A DNA stretch of 53,392 nucleotides, the filler included, from Sphacelaria rigidula (taxonomy: Eukaryota), in the NCBI GenBank assembly GCA_964200075.2. It is 4 parts of 4 records of this genome, joined end to end, with 100 filler letters (N's around TTAATTAATTAA, not from the genome) between each part and the next. Parts side by side here need not be neighbours in the genome. Positions count along the whole stretch, not along the records: positions 1 to 13,275 come from CAXNAA020003008.1; positions 13,376 to 26,648 come from CAXNAA020003009.1; 2 more parts are not named here. One strand, written 5' to 3'. The notes below the pieces were generated by a model. That model saw only the letters and a list, made by a program, of their open reading frames with translations. It was not told where the DNA came from and searched no databases. Below are positions 11,952 through 24,621 of this stretch, one piece after another; the first letter of the stretch is position 1; every line of letters starts with the position of its first letter. A program made the position numbers and the translations under genes.

Positions 11952-12993
11952 ATACCGCGACCCCAGGGCGCCGCGCGGCGACCGTTCGAGTCCCCGGCAT
12001 CGTGAAACCACTGGTTGGATTCTGGGGCGTGTTTTTCGGCATCATCTCGGGGTCGTATGTCATAGACCGTGATGGCCCCGCAGCCGTCACCGGCGATGGT
12101 ATGACGTCACCGAGAGGCAATCTCTCGTCCGAACTTGTCTGGCACGCGTTGTTGTACGCATTTCGTCTTCGAGTACTACGCGATGGTTGGGATGCCGATG
12201 CCGATGATGACAACGGCACTGCGAATCCTTCAAGCGATGCCAATGCGGGAAGCGGAGTACACCGGGACAATCAGCAAGGGGTGGTTATCTCGGATGAACA
12301 AGCAGCTAATGCTTCCGCCGCCGCTGCGGCGGCGGCGACGTTGGCGGCCCGTCGAAGCCGGCGGAAAGACTCGTCCACAGCCCTCTGGCATTGCGTACGC
12401 CTCCTCTTGGCCGCCTCACCCTTTTCAGAGGAGTTCGCTGTGGGTCCTGCGGGTCAGATTTCCTCTGCAGCCTCGGCGACAGCGGCAAAAACGAAGGCCG
12501 CAGCGGCGGCACAACAAGGCCGTAATCGCTACGGGTTGTTGCCGTCCTCAGCAGCAGCGGCGGTGGTTGCAAGCCCAGCGTTGTCGACGTCAGTTCTATT
12601 AGCCCCCAAAGAGACGTTTACCTTCCCGGAGATGGTCGCTCGAGTGGTTTTGGAGCGAGTGCTGGTGCTGGCGAGAGCGTATCCGCCGGATGCGGGGAAC
12701 CACGGCATCGTCGAGAAACTCTGGGAGGGTGTGCAATGCGTGTCCCGTGCATCATGCGCAGCAGCGCCTTCTGCCGTAGGTGTCCCCGGTGTACGCGTCG
12801 GCGGTGCGACGGCGGTAGATGGTGGAAACTTGACTGCTAGTTGCGCGCATTCACCGCAGGCGGAAGTTACCGCCGAGGAGAGGGCATACGAGAGACTTCG
12901 GAGTGTGAGGAGGCTCGGGCGATGGTCGGCATCTCTTCAGGAAAATGCCAAGTCTTCTTCTCCTTCGTCTAATGGTGAGACAACGCGCTTATC
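11952..12993 (+). CDS. Exon of MMS22-like gene (FWGVFFGII, LWHCVRLLL, VLERVLVLARAYPPDAGNHGIVEKLWE); gene likely continues past the gap
   Basis: Pyrimidine tract + tcag| in phase 1 matching the upstream donor; donor at 12994 (gtacgt) or 12975 (gtgaga). The motif order recalls the MMS22L N-terminal domain as I remember it (LCDL..; LW..L...LD; FW; W..V..LL; L.L...W.P.N..IV..LWE). Family assignment about 0.55. Confidence 0.7.
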
Positions 12994-13181
12994 GTACGTT
13001 CATTTGCGGTAATCTCAGCAACGTTTCAGTCTCGACGCTTACTGCTCGGTTCCGATCTTGATTGAGATCGCACAAGCTCAAGCAGTGCTTTGGCCATCAC
13101 CCACTCTCCGTTTCACCCTCTCTTCATTCGTCTCGACGTCTTGGCGCCATCGTTGCCCACAACCGACACTTTCTACGATAG

Positions 13182-13215
<34 letters not shown>

Positions 13216-13520
13216 ACCACCCCCCGCGCCCCAACCCCACCACCCCACAACCGGCCACCCACCCCCGCCCGACACNNNNNNNNNNNNNNNNNNNNNNNNN
13301 NNNNNNNNNNNNNNNNNNNTTAATTAATTAANNNNNNNNNNNNNNNNNNNNNNNNNNNNNNNNNNNNNNNNNNNNGGTGATTTTGAGTCGTGATGATTCG
13401 TCCTAACCGTGGAATGTTTTGAACGACAAACATTATCCACTTCGATGTCCATAGCACGTCTACACAACAGGAAGAGTTAGTTGGTCCAATTAGCCGTTGC
13501 CGTGTTGACTGAGGGAGGGC

Positions 13521-13650
13521 GGGGGGCGTACTCATTTGTTGCTTGTGTGCATTGTCGTCCCATCTCTTCTGGACGCCAGTTGCTTGGCTTTGTAACTATA
13601 TAGTTCGGCCATTGACCACCCATCCCTTTCGAGACGAAGGAGCACCGCTC
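13521..13650 (+). mobile_element. Left end of the GGGGGCGTACTCAT MITE family
   Basis: ggggggcgtactcatttgttgcttg...cattgaccac...ccctttcgagacg matches positions 1-75. Confidence 0.7.
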
Positions 13651-13864
13651 CCACTCCTGATGCTCGTATAAAAATAAATAAATAAAATAAAATAATGTGT
13701 GGCATCTTGCCGCAACGTGACACGTCATACGTATTTCTCTCACTACTCGACAACCACGATGATGCCGTTTAGGGCGAGACTGTCCGAATGACCCCACCGT
13801 TTTCGATACGTGGCTCGCGTGAGCTGCTTTCACGCTGTGCAGCGCACTGTGTACTCTCCTAGAT

Positions 13865-14048
13865 GACGCCACGATGCCGGCACAGGAGTCCAGTCTGTCA
13901 TCATCAATACATTAACCAGATGCAGGGGGGGTCCGAGAGCACCAGCGATCTCGACGGACGACACGATGCCGGCACAGGAGTCCAGGCTGTCATCGTCAGT
14001 ACATATACAAGGTGCAGGAGGGGTCCGAGAGTACCGGCGATCTCGACC
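13865..14048 (+). repeat. Tandem duplication, ~92-bp unit x2
   Basis: cacgatgccggcacaggagtccag at 13870 and 13962; ggggtccgagag.acc.gcgatctcgac in both units. Confidence 0.85.
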
Positions 14049-17020
14049 CCCGATTGCCGGAAACATATTCGGAATAACAATCTTTAGAGGGGACCTGAAG
14101 AAATGTACGTAAACCTCAAGAAATGTAATTATAAACAATGGGTGGTACTAGAGAGATGTCGCCAACCCTAATGCTAACCCTAAACTCTGACCCCCGACCA
14201 AGGCATATCGAGAACCCTCGGGCAAGGCGTCTCACGATCCTGAAACCAAGTAAAATTGAGTGGTAATCTCTCAGATACAATAATAATCTCAATCAATCTC
14301 TGTGATATCGCCAGATCTAGCCCTATCTCCTGATATAGGACGGGGTCAACAGCGATGAATATCGTTTGATCCCAGATGATTTTAGGCCGTCCAGATGATA
14401 GTTTCGGGCCAGACCACCACGCAGAGACTTTCTGGAAAAATCTCCGCTGGGAAGCGATCATTTGAACGCTCTCTCTTGACGTCGCATACATGTGCACACA
14501 AACACGTTACACGAGGTGATACGAGCAATATTATCTGTAAAATAGAACAGACGATATATTTTGCAGTCTGCCTAACAATTTTGCCACTACGGAGTGCTAA
14601 AGCTAACCCTTATAACCCTAACCACGACTCAAACACCATATCACAAAGGAGCTCAAATATCTGATTCGAGCAATAGCGCGTATTTCGCACGCTGGCGGGA
14701 ACTTGGGACCATCATCCTCCAGGAGATCGGAATATTTATAGTAATGGTTGTCTACAGTGGCATCTACTGAAAGTACTGTATTTATTCAACCATCGCGATC
14801 GAGAAACATGGTTGAGTATATACTTGCACCGAATTTATGGCCCAGTTCACGTAAACTCAATTGAACCTGGTACAGTCAGTACTACCAAAGCGTGTTGAGG
14901 GAGATACCATGCGACAGCTTCCATGGCGCATCTCCTACTACTGTAGATGAAATGCGATTGAACGCGAGCGAGAGGCAAGGGAGTGTTGACCCAGGGCCAG
15001 TATCTGTCGGTTTGGTACTGGCAATAAGACAGAACACTAAAAACCAGAACAAAAGTACCCAACCCATCATTTTTCATGCTTTGGGACGTTCGTCTTTTTT
15101 CGTTCGCAAGTTGTTCGCGAAAATTCATGGTCATTACATGTTTGTGTCTGTTAGACCCTGACCTAACCCCAAACCAAATCCTTACCCTCAACCTAAGGTA
15201 TGTTGAGAGCACAAGAGGGGTGCGTTGGTGCGTTGGCAGAGCTCAAATCGACCTCTACGGCACCGACTTGCGGTTTAACCAGTCTTGAGCGCGCCGACTA
15301 ACAAGTGGCGGTCCTGTCAGCCCCCAAAGGATTTCCTGTCTGGTGATGTGGTACATTTCTTCTCGATTTCTTGCCAACGGTATAATAGGTGGTCGTGGAA
15401 TAATTCCCCCCCGGATGAGTGATACAGCGATACCATCCACCACCGTTCAACAGAAAACAAAAGAGACGAACCAACGTTGCAGACGTTGCAGTAGAGTTTG
15501 TTGCAGTTGCACCCTGTCCGTGCCGTTCGTTGTTCATGCTGCGGTTCAATTCGTTGCCAGTCGTCACGATGATTGTTTCGCTGCTCTTTAGCTAGGCGTT
15601 CGTGGCAGCTATAATAAGGACCGGACATATATTCAGTAAAGCACCGTGCATCTCTTCCTGATGACACGCGGCCCCACTCGATATCTGGCATCGTGGGACG
15701 CATGAGGGTGCAGGAGGCCGGGAGGGGGTTGGGTGGATATCTGCTGACTTTACAAAACCGCACATGAAAATAATTTCGAAGCAAGGTTTATTTTGGCCAA
15801 ATGCGTGTGTCGTGTGTCGTCATCCCACCTTCGGTATATGTGGACGTTAAAAGCTTTCAAGATGGTAACGGTTGAGAACGACTCCCTGCGCGCGGGGCGA
15901 GCAAAGATCCACCACCCACGCGCAACGGGCAAAAGAATAAAATGGCTTGGTGGGGGGTCGGGTAATCTGAACTTGGTTGTTTATGTTCCTTGATGCGGGA
16001 AAGGTGGAGTGTACACGCCAGTCGCTGCTCCTGGCCAACCCTCATATCGGCTTCTACCTACAGCTCTCTCTGGATTCATCACTCATCGAATCAGCTAGGC
16101 ATCCACCGAACCACGAAGAGAGTTTCAACACTAGTCTGCACAGCACGCGCCGTTGTCAAAGCCATACACAACATAAAGGTACGCTGGACTATATTTTTTC
16201 GTGGGTGGCCTGTTGTAATGGATCAGACACGGGGCAGGTGCTCGTTAGCCAACGGGAGGGTGGGGTGGATGCATGTTGTACAAACATCAGTAGGTCATCC
16301 TCTGCGTTGAAGAGTACCGTACTTTTTTGCTGCGAGGCATCATGTCAGGAGGAAGGGGCCGAGGCTACTCTACTACCTTTTCCTAGTCCTGTGAGAAGGG
16401 TGCACTTAGTTGGCGTTCGGTACATCGGGCTGTTATGTCATGCCGCCGTCGGGAGCACGTGCTTTGGTTGCTGCTAGTGTTGTGCGATAGAAGCATAAAA
16501 CTCCGCGGACAGCACGGATACGATTTGGTTGGAGGCAACCAGCGGCGTACAACTCTGAAAAGAGGTTCGCACTACAGCAACGGACACTAGTGGGGCAGTG
16601 TTACTTTTCTCGCAGTAGATGAACCAACAGTGAAGAGTACGAGTGCACCACCATCACTGTCTACACTGCCACATTGTAGTGTGGTCACGACTTGGGATAT
16701 ACGGTACTACCATAAGTCTGTACTGTGGCATGCGGTGCACCTCCCCCGCCCTAAAAACCCTGAACGACAGCACCCAGTGATGAGATTTTGACTACTTTTG
16801 GCACCACACTCGTAGGTTGCAGTAGAGTTTGTCCAAGTTCGGAGCCATTGTATTCATGGTTGATTTACTTCATTTGAGTTTGGTTACCGAGATTCGGATC
16901 TTTAGTGAGGCTGACAGTGCCAAGTGCTTCCCATCACTCCCTGAACGCTTTTGTCAAAATTGGAGCCACAGGCGACAAGTTGAGGTCTACCAACGCGCAA
17001 GTTGCGTAAGACATCCTTTG

Positions 17021-17756
17021 TGCATCCCTTGCCCGAGGGTTCCCGGTATGCCTTGAGTTGGGGGTTTATGATGGGGTTGGGATCACACAGCTATTTCAAA
17101 AGTGCGTCAACAATAAAAGCAATGACTCCCAATTGAGACAAGCCCACCTCTTCTTACGTTGTGTCCCACGTCCCGCTGGGGAAAACTTTGTGCATGAATT
17201 ATCCATTTTCGTGCAGAAAAAAGCGTAGTCAGCAAGGGGTTCATAAGTATCACGTAGTATGTGCTTTCGTTAACTCATGTGTACAGGTCGCGAGAATACC
17301 GGTGCAGTCGGGGGCACGCGAAATAAAATATCCCTGACCCCCCCTCCCCTCCTTCCTTCTGGCGGGTCTAAAATATTTTTTTTGATGGCCTTTTCCGTCG
17401 GAGTTGCCTCTTTGAGTAGGAGTTGAACGGGTTAATGACAGCTTATTTTGGTAGCCGCAATATATCGCAACAAGGTGTAACACCGTGCTTCGTAAACAGT
17501 TCGTCATGATGCCTTAGGCCATCGCGATGGACGGCTGTCACATGATCCAAATTTTACATTTCAAATCTCAAATAATTCCGCAGTGTTTTCGAATTTTCAT
17601 TTTTCGAATTTCCAAGTCTCTTTCGCCGCGAGGTCGCTTCACCACCACCTAGCCGGGCAAGAAATTTCTCGTAAAAATGTCGTCTAGAATTAACCCTCAC
17701 CCCAACCCTAATCCCGGCCCATGGCATACCGAGAACCCCCGGGCGAGGAGGGTGCA
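17021..17756. mobile_element. Inverted-repeat-bounded element with telomere-like (AACCCT) subterminal tracts
   Basis: tgcatcccttgcccgagggttcccggtatgcc matches the reverse complement of ggcataccgagaacccccgggcgaggagggtgca. Inner ggggttggg / aaccctaa tracts. A third terminus lies at ~14163-14230. Confidence 0.6.
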
Positions 17757-19540
17757 ATTTGTTCCCTAGGCAAATCGTGGGGTTGGTGGGCCTCAAATCC
17801 GCACGGCAGGCGCAGACTAGACAAGAACGCGGCGGTCTGCGCACGCTAGGAGCACTTGGGACTTTCAATCCCATTAAGGATCCGAACGTTGGTGCTCACA
17901 CTCAGATCAAGTGAAAGAAAATCCGGTAAACTCTACTCTTGTTCACGGCAGCCTGCCGCAGCAGCTGTGCTCAGTTCACTTACTGTACGTCAAGTGCTTC
18001 ACCAATCAAGCGAGACCAAGCACCGACGACTGCAAGATCAAACTTGATCCGATTCACTCATACTCACTTCGAGTAGCTTGCCTCAGCTAATGTATTATTA
18101 GTATCAAGCGATCTGGCCCGCCGAGTGTAAGATCAAGTGACTCGACTCGCCCGGCGGTTCCAAAATGAAGAACACGTCGTGTGGGCCTGGGATATTTGTT
18201 TGCGTGCCCTCGGTACAGTGTCTGTTTTGAGGAGGTGGTGTGTCTGATCGATCTTATCTCTCTAATCTATCGGATCGTTGATGACGTCTCGACTCCTTCA
18301 TGGGAGCGCGATGCCACAGATCGACGCGCGCTAGACCGATCCCTCGCTGAAACGTTTCACAGGCTTTTTTGTTCGTTTGAACAATCGACATACGTGAAGG
18401 GTTGGGGAACGCACGTGGAATATACGCGGCCTCGTTATTTGGGGTGGTGGTGCTCCCATATTATACAGTCGGGGATACCGGCATATTGAAGAATACCCAG
18501 CGGCGACGTTGTTCCGGAAGATGACCTCGCCCGGGAAGGATTAATTCAATGCCTGTTGCTCTGCACGGTGTAGTAGCTATATGGCGTACCCCCGCAGCAA
18601 GTAGGTACAGCAGAAACGGTATGTCGGTCCTCCGGCTTATGGGCGTATAGTCCGCGCCCACGGACGTCTCCAAATCAAACTCCAACTGACTAGACCCCAA
18701 GTCGCCACCCTTCTTGGAAATTCAACCTTAACCCGACGTAGCTTTCAGATGCTCGACTACCTCCTGTACCGTCTTGTAGTGAATCAGCGTGGGGTCATGC
18801 GAAACCGTGCGATTGCCCGGACTGCATTCGCAATATCAGACCTCGTCTGGTTTGCAATCACTCCAGAATCCCCACGATCTCATGGAAAAAAGGGCATCCA
18901 ACACGGCCTCCTCGCCTGCGTGCCTGAGGTCAAAGGAAAGGGTAGCGGGGATGGGGCTGGTCTTCGAGACTTCGAAACGATTTAGCACGCCCCGAATGAA
19001 TAGAATCTGTGAAATCTCTACCGTCCTCCCGGTCACTTTTTTTGTACTCACTGCCCATGTACCACTCTACTTCCCTGAGATGTTGATTAGGAAATATCTA
19101 CTTGAGGTCACTGACTACCACTTCAGTCATCTCACACTGCAGTCTTGATGTCGTCCACATGACCATCGTCGCCACAACTTCACTCGCAGCCATCAGTCAA
19201 AACATACAGGATACCAAGCATTGCTCGAAACCACGTTCTACCAGGGTTGACGACAACAGCTGATACCACACCCGACCACTCTGATCCTGCTGCAGGCCGT
19301 AAAGGGCTTTGTTGAACCGCACTACGTTGCCAGATACCGACCCACAACCGAGGGACAGACACGAATAGATATCGATGTTCAACTCCAACTGAATGAAAGC
19401 TTGGTCTATACCCAAGTGCCTCAGATCCCTGCGCCATCAACCTCTTGGAGCAGCAGTGGCCGTAGAGGCAAGCGTCTCAATACTCTTTACCTGACGGTAC
19501 CCCATAGTTACGATACGGCCTTTCGTCCAGTCAACTATAT

Positions 19541-19750
19541 GCCGGTCGCCCCGGTGGCTCAATGAGTAACTTCGAAGCCATTTAATAGTGGAGACGGGGG
19601 TTCGACTCACGGTGCAGTCACACGACCTGTTTTTTTTTCTCACGCAATGCCCAAAAGTGGAGAGCGGCTATGTCGTGGGTACACGAAATTCGACTTCACG
19701 GTCGACGAGGAAAACGGAGTGCTGAACCGCTCTCGCGATAAGGAAAAAGG
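19541..19750 (+). mobile_element. tRNA-derived SINE nested in the copia element
   Basis: A-box-like tggctcaatgag (~19555), B-box ggttcgactc (~19599), then a T run. No complete cloverleaf. 3' end approximate. Confidence 0.55.
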
Positions 19751-19782
19751 GAAGCACCGCAGAAGGAGGGTGGAGAACCCAA

Positions 19783-19874
19783 ACAACTAAGAAATACGAA
19801 ACTCCTGTTTTGCTCTTCCTCCTTTGTGACAACTAAGAAATACGAAACTCCTGTTTTGCTCTTCCTCCTGTGTG
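19783..19874 (+). repeat. 46-bp tandem duplication
   Basis: acaactaagaaatacgaaactcctgttttgctcttcctcct at 19783 and 19829. Confidence 0.95.
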
Positions 19875-21238
19875 ACCCCGGCTTGTGCGCCCGCAAGTAC
19901 CGAACGGTGTAGACTGGCGTCCAGAATAGATGGGATGGCAACACTATGTGAATCACCCTTCCATACAACTACTGTGCGTCTACGATGATGCACCCCTCCA
20001 GAATATCAGTCACCTCCGCGAACGTTTCGGCTGCCATAAGCCCATTGAATCCCATCTTGATTGCCTCCATCTACACCTCCAAGTGCTGCGACGAGCATGA
20101 CGCAGGATACGACACTGGCTCCGGCCCCGCTTCCCAGACGAGACAACTTACATAGCTCACCCGGCTTACGGGTGACCTCGTGTGCCGCCAGCAGCCCATG
20201 GATTGTGTTTCCTCTTTTATCGGACCCAAACGTCCTCACGAGGCCAGCTGTTTCTTGATTGAGCTCTCACGTCTGCGCTCTGAGTCGCCCAGCTCCTCGC
20301 CATTTCTAGATCCAACCAGATGCGACCCATGTTGGCGCGCCGCAGTTCGCGCCACCCTCGGAATGGGATCACCTTCGCACGATGAAGACGACTCGCTCCC
20401 CTATGAAAGGTCGCCGTTGGCGGATAGCTCGCTGCTCACTGACGACAAATAAACACCTGGTGAGCAGTTGTGGTGTTAAGGCCCCGGAGACTTTCACTGG
20501 CTACAGAGCCCGCTCGCCGGAGACGTCACTCGACCCTGACGTGAGATTCCCCTCCCCAGCAGCCGCAATAGAGTCCGTGAGGCAGAATCGAAATCATCCA
20601 GCCCTCCCGGCTCTGGAGTCTCTCTCGATACCGGTCCCGGCTGTGACGTCCTCCCCAGCTAGCTCTGACGATGCTGGCTGCTGCAGTTGCACCGGCGGCA
20701 CCGCCGTAACTGGTCGTGCCTCCGAGGTGACGTCCCTTGTTTCCACTACCTTGTTCACCTGCGTCAGCATCCGCAATGAATCACGCGGATGGTCGATACC
20801 GGGTCCGAGGTAGAAGCTACTCTCGCACCTGAGGAGCGGTTTTGACAGGCGGTACCAGCGGTGATAAAAGCGAACGAAGAGGCAGGCACGGTGATGCAGG
20901 TGTTGCCTTACTGCCACATCTTGTACGGCGACATGTTACCCGGGTTGGGTGTCGTCCCGGTATGGTTCAGGGCTTCGCACGCTTAGTGTACTCCCTCAGT
21001 CCAGGGGGTCTCCGATTATTATGGCAATTCGACGAGTGGAAAAAAGGGGGGATGAATACGAGCAGCACGTGCAGCGTTTTGAATGATACCCAGAGCTCTC
21101 TTGCCAACGCCGGTCAGTTCCGGACACCTCGCGCTGGTGCATTCCTGTTGTATATAGCACTGCTCGTACACGTCCTCGAAATCCCTACAAAAAACTCTCC
21201 TTCGTCGTCAGACCTTACTATTGTTACCTCCGACTGTA

Positions 21239-21789
21239 CAGTACTGGGCGGTCTAACTATTCAGGGGCATTTTGGGGTTTTTCTCGCGTACGACTTTTCG
21301 ATAGAAGTCGAAACTGCTAGCATCGGTAGATTTTGGTACAACACAACAGATCATCCTCGAAACACAGTGCCCAAGTCAGTGTATGTCGGTGTTATCGGGC
21401 CAAACGAGTAAATACCCTGTTCATCAGGAGGGTGCTATCGATCGTGAAACACAGTTTTTCGGCCCTAGTGTAATGAGTAGGCAGAATTTCAAAATAATGA
21501 AACTGCACATTTCTCTACAAACATGATCAGGACGGGCTCCATCGATACAAGATTCAGAAGAGTAAGAATCTAGGCTGAAACGTGGCAGGACCCCAGATGA
21601 CCGGTCAGCCCGTAAGTCACTCGATATTGAGTACATATGATTTTTTCCTCTTGGAATGTGGAGCGGATGCAAATATATTCAGATCCCCGATATGATGAGC
21701 GGTGGCAAGCGAAAAGAGCCCAAGAAAATCGCCAATTTCGAAAAAATCACAAAACGCCACAAAAAGAATAGTTAGACCGCCCACTACTG
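21239..21789. mobile_element. Tc1/mariner-type MITE nested in the copia pol
   Basis: 24-bp TIR cagtactgggcggtctaactattc / gaatagttagaccgcccactactg (1 mismatch), TA on both flanks. Confidence 0.85.
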
Positions 21790-23910
21790 TAGTCATGTGA
21801 ACGGTCGCACCACTATCAGCTATCCACTTGTCGGTGCCGTTCTTACTTTTTTCGCCCTTTCTCACCACATCCTTCTTGCCATGAGCGCCAATGAGCAAAT
21901 TCCTTACGATCTCACCAGAGCCGCTCAGTGACTCATTCGCGGCGGGGATGACGTGTGCGGTGCGGGGCAGCCGAGCCATCCATGTTCTGGATCTAAACAA
22001 CGGTAAAACGTGTTCTGCATGTCCTCGCACTTCTTGCCTTCGTTTTTCGTACTGCTGTTTTGGGTGACACAGGACCACTGGAAACACCTCCACTTTTAGC
22101 GTCATCTTGATTGCCTTACGCTACGTCTCTTCGTATCATTCCTAGGCGTCAATGTGGATATCTATATCTCTGCCTCACCGCTGCCCCTATCCCGGTACGG
22201 GTGATGCTGTTTGTGTACAAGACCGCACGCTGCTCGCAGTCGTGGTCGGTCGTAAGCACCTCAACCATCCCGAGATTGATACCCTCTACAGGCACATGTG
22301 CCCCCACTAATCCTGGCACGCCCACTCTCTTGTCTACGCACACGGTGAAGTTGATGGGGTCCTTCTTCTTGTTCACTTGTGATTCGCTGAAAAGGTGTTC
22401 CCATGCGGCTTCTCGGAGAGAGTTGTCGGCAAGAACCAAATGCACAACATATGCCAACCTGCACCGGGGGAGTCGGTGTCAAAACACGTCCACGCATACG
22501 GGCTCGTTCTATGCCTTCCTCACTTAATCCTCAATGCAGAAAATATCATGATTTCACCGAGGGATCGCCGACTGGCATTCCAATCACTGTAGTACACGTC
22601 CGCACACATGAAACCGTTCGATAGGGCGAAATCCTCAAGGCGTCTCTTCCACAAAGCAAAATCTATACTACTCCAAAGGTTGGGACCGACAGTTTTGATG
22701 CTACGTACTTTCCGAGATTCTACGGCGAAAGTGCTACCCCTTACAATCTCAATCTCGCCGGTAGCTGGCAGCATGCTATCGATGACGACTCCGCCTCCAT
22801 TACCGAAAGCAGACCCCGCCCGCTCGCCGTCCCAGCACCGTCAGAATGTGTAGACTGGTCTCCACCGACGGATCCATGTTACGGTGTTACGGTCCGCTAC
22901 TATTCTCCCCACTCGGCTCGATGGGCGATAGCCTCTCTTCAAAGCCCCTTTCTTGCGTCTTGAGTAGTGCCTTGAGTTCTTCCCATTGTCTGCCTTGGTC
23001 CACCATCTTAGAACAATAACTCAAGTTCGAACGTCGCGTGAAAGTATTCAGATGACCGTGTTGATTAGATGACGATGTAACAACAGCAGCCCCGCGCAGT
23101 GTACCCAGACAAAATACCGCCCTCATCAAGTCCATCTTAAGTAAAAGCCTGTGTTTCAAGTATTTGTATTATCATTACTATCCACACGGGTTTATGGCTA
23201 GAGAGAGGAGCATGCGAGGAGTGAATAGAGGCGGGTATTGAGCACCACCCTGTCACGACTGCCCACGAACCATAATCTCTAGTCCACTCGCGAGCCACAA
23301 TCCGTGGTCCATTTACGAGCCACAATCCAACAATTCTCAACTTCTGGACCGGAAGCAATTTCCCATTCTTCATCCTCAAGGAACCGTCCAAATGATATTT
23401 CTGGGCTACTGTATATCCCGCGATTCACCGCTCACGAAGGCTGGCTTACTGTAGATCCTTAGATGGGCTATATTTAACATGTATTGCTTCTACACCAGCA
23501 AGGGATCATTTAAACAGTAGAGTGTGTACAGTACAGTAGCAGACAAGTGAACTGATGGTCTTGGTCGGAACATGCGTACTTCATCGACACCTTGTCCGTT
23601 CCGTCTCTCTTCCTTATTTCTCGTTTGCCCGGACCAGATGATCATTATGCAACGAAGTAGTGCGTGGGGTGTGGTAACCTTGCTGGTACCTCCAGCGACT
23701 CTGGCAAAGCTTGGAACGACGCCTGTTCGCCGACCTATTCCTGAGGAGTTTCAAAACTCGAGGAGCATCACAAATGTGAGGACGCACGCGCATCCATTAT
23801 CATTTACGGTACGAGAGGTGCCGCTTCTGAGTAGCAGCAGCAGGAGGGGGAGGGTTGATGTTCCAGATCATGCAGTCCGGAACTGGTTACAGGACGTGCA
23901 ATATATGTGA

Positions 23911-23980
23911 TTATTACTAGTATTACTAGTATTACTAGTATTAGTATTAGTATTAATAGTAGTAGTAGTAGGTAGTAGTA

Positions 23981-24023
<43 letters not shown>

Positions 24024-24082
24024 CAGCAGCAGTAGGAGTAGTAGCAGTAGAAGTAGCAAAAGTGGTAGCAGTGGTAGCAGTA
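23911..24082. repeat. Compound (TAG/TAGTAT/CAG)n microsatellite
   Basis: Visible directly. Confidence 0.95.
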
Positions 24083-24445
24083 TCATTTACATAATCATTT
24101 CCGCATATTAACCCGATCTCTCGAACCCGTGGTTAGAGAGATATGGTGATGCTACCTCGCAACTCCATATCATGCTGCATCGTTCGCAACATCTTTGCAT
24201 TGGGCCCTATTTTTCCCGTACCCACGGTCGTTGACTCTAGATGGGGGGCGGGGAGGGGGGGGGAAATGTTCTACGGGATCGAGCTTGGTTCCGCAGGAAT
24301 TAGGCGCGCGTGGAGGCATGGAACAGCCGATCATCGAAATTGATGATGGACGAGGATGACAAGCCGTAAAATTAAAATGTTCGCATCCACACACATTCTT
24401 CGAGATATGGCTCCATTCGTCCATCTGCTGGTAGCTATTGACAAC

Positions 24446-24621
24446 TACTACACGTCATAAAAATATGGATTCCGATGGCCGAACTTTGGGGGTCCTAGGT
24501 GAAAGACAAAACGGTGGGAATCTAAATTATGCGGCCGGATAACCGACTTCCCAAGAATTGATTTTTCACCCAGTACCCCCAAACTTCGGCAATCGAAATC
24601 CATTTTTAATGACGTGCCGTA
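24446..24621. mobile_element. Hairpin MITE with ~60-bp TIRs, TA at both outer ends
   Basis: cacgtcataaaaatatggattccgatggccgaactttgggggtcctaggtgaaa versus the reverse complement of tttcacccagtacccccaaacttcggcaatcgaaatccatttttaatgacgtg. Confidence 0.85.

Larger units (their letters stand above)
18490..23260 (-). mobile_element. Degenerate Ty1/copia LTR retrotransposon (internal region)
   Basis: In copia order: gag-like FALWKRRLEDFA (~22640), protease WIADSGATVHMT (~21790-21830), integrase core VRSDDEGEF...IQQECT...PELTGV (~21100-21220), YLGPG...VVETRDVT (~20730-20810), RT NKALYGLQQ...GRVWYQLL...GFEQC (~19200-19320) and TRSDIANAVRAIARF (~18800-18850), RNase H start ETSVGADY. Many stops and frameshifts. 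LTRs not identified. Confidence 0.9.

Noticed and set aside
13276..13375. N-flanked TTAATTAATTAA palindrome (also 26649-26748 and 40021-40120)
   Set aside because: Artificial six-frame-stop scaffolding linker. The adjacent poly-C/G runs probably caused the contig breaks and are unreliable.
23240..23280. Primer-binding site and LTR of the copia element
   Set aside because: tggttcgtgggcag on the - strand is only loosely PBS-like, and no paired LTRs were found.
23868..24086. Poly-Leu ORF resembling a signal peptide
   Set aside because: Translation of the (TAG)n microsatellite.
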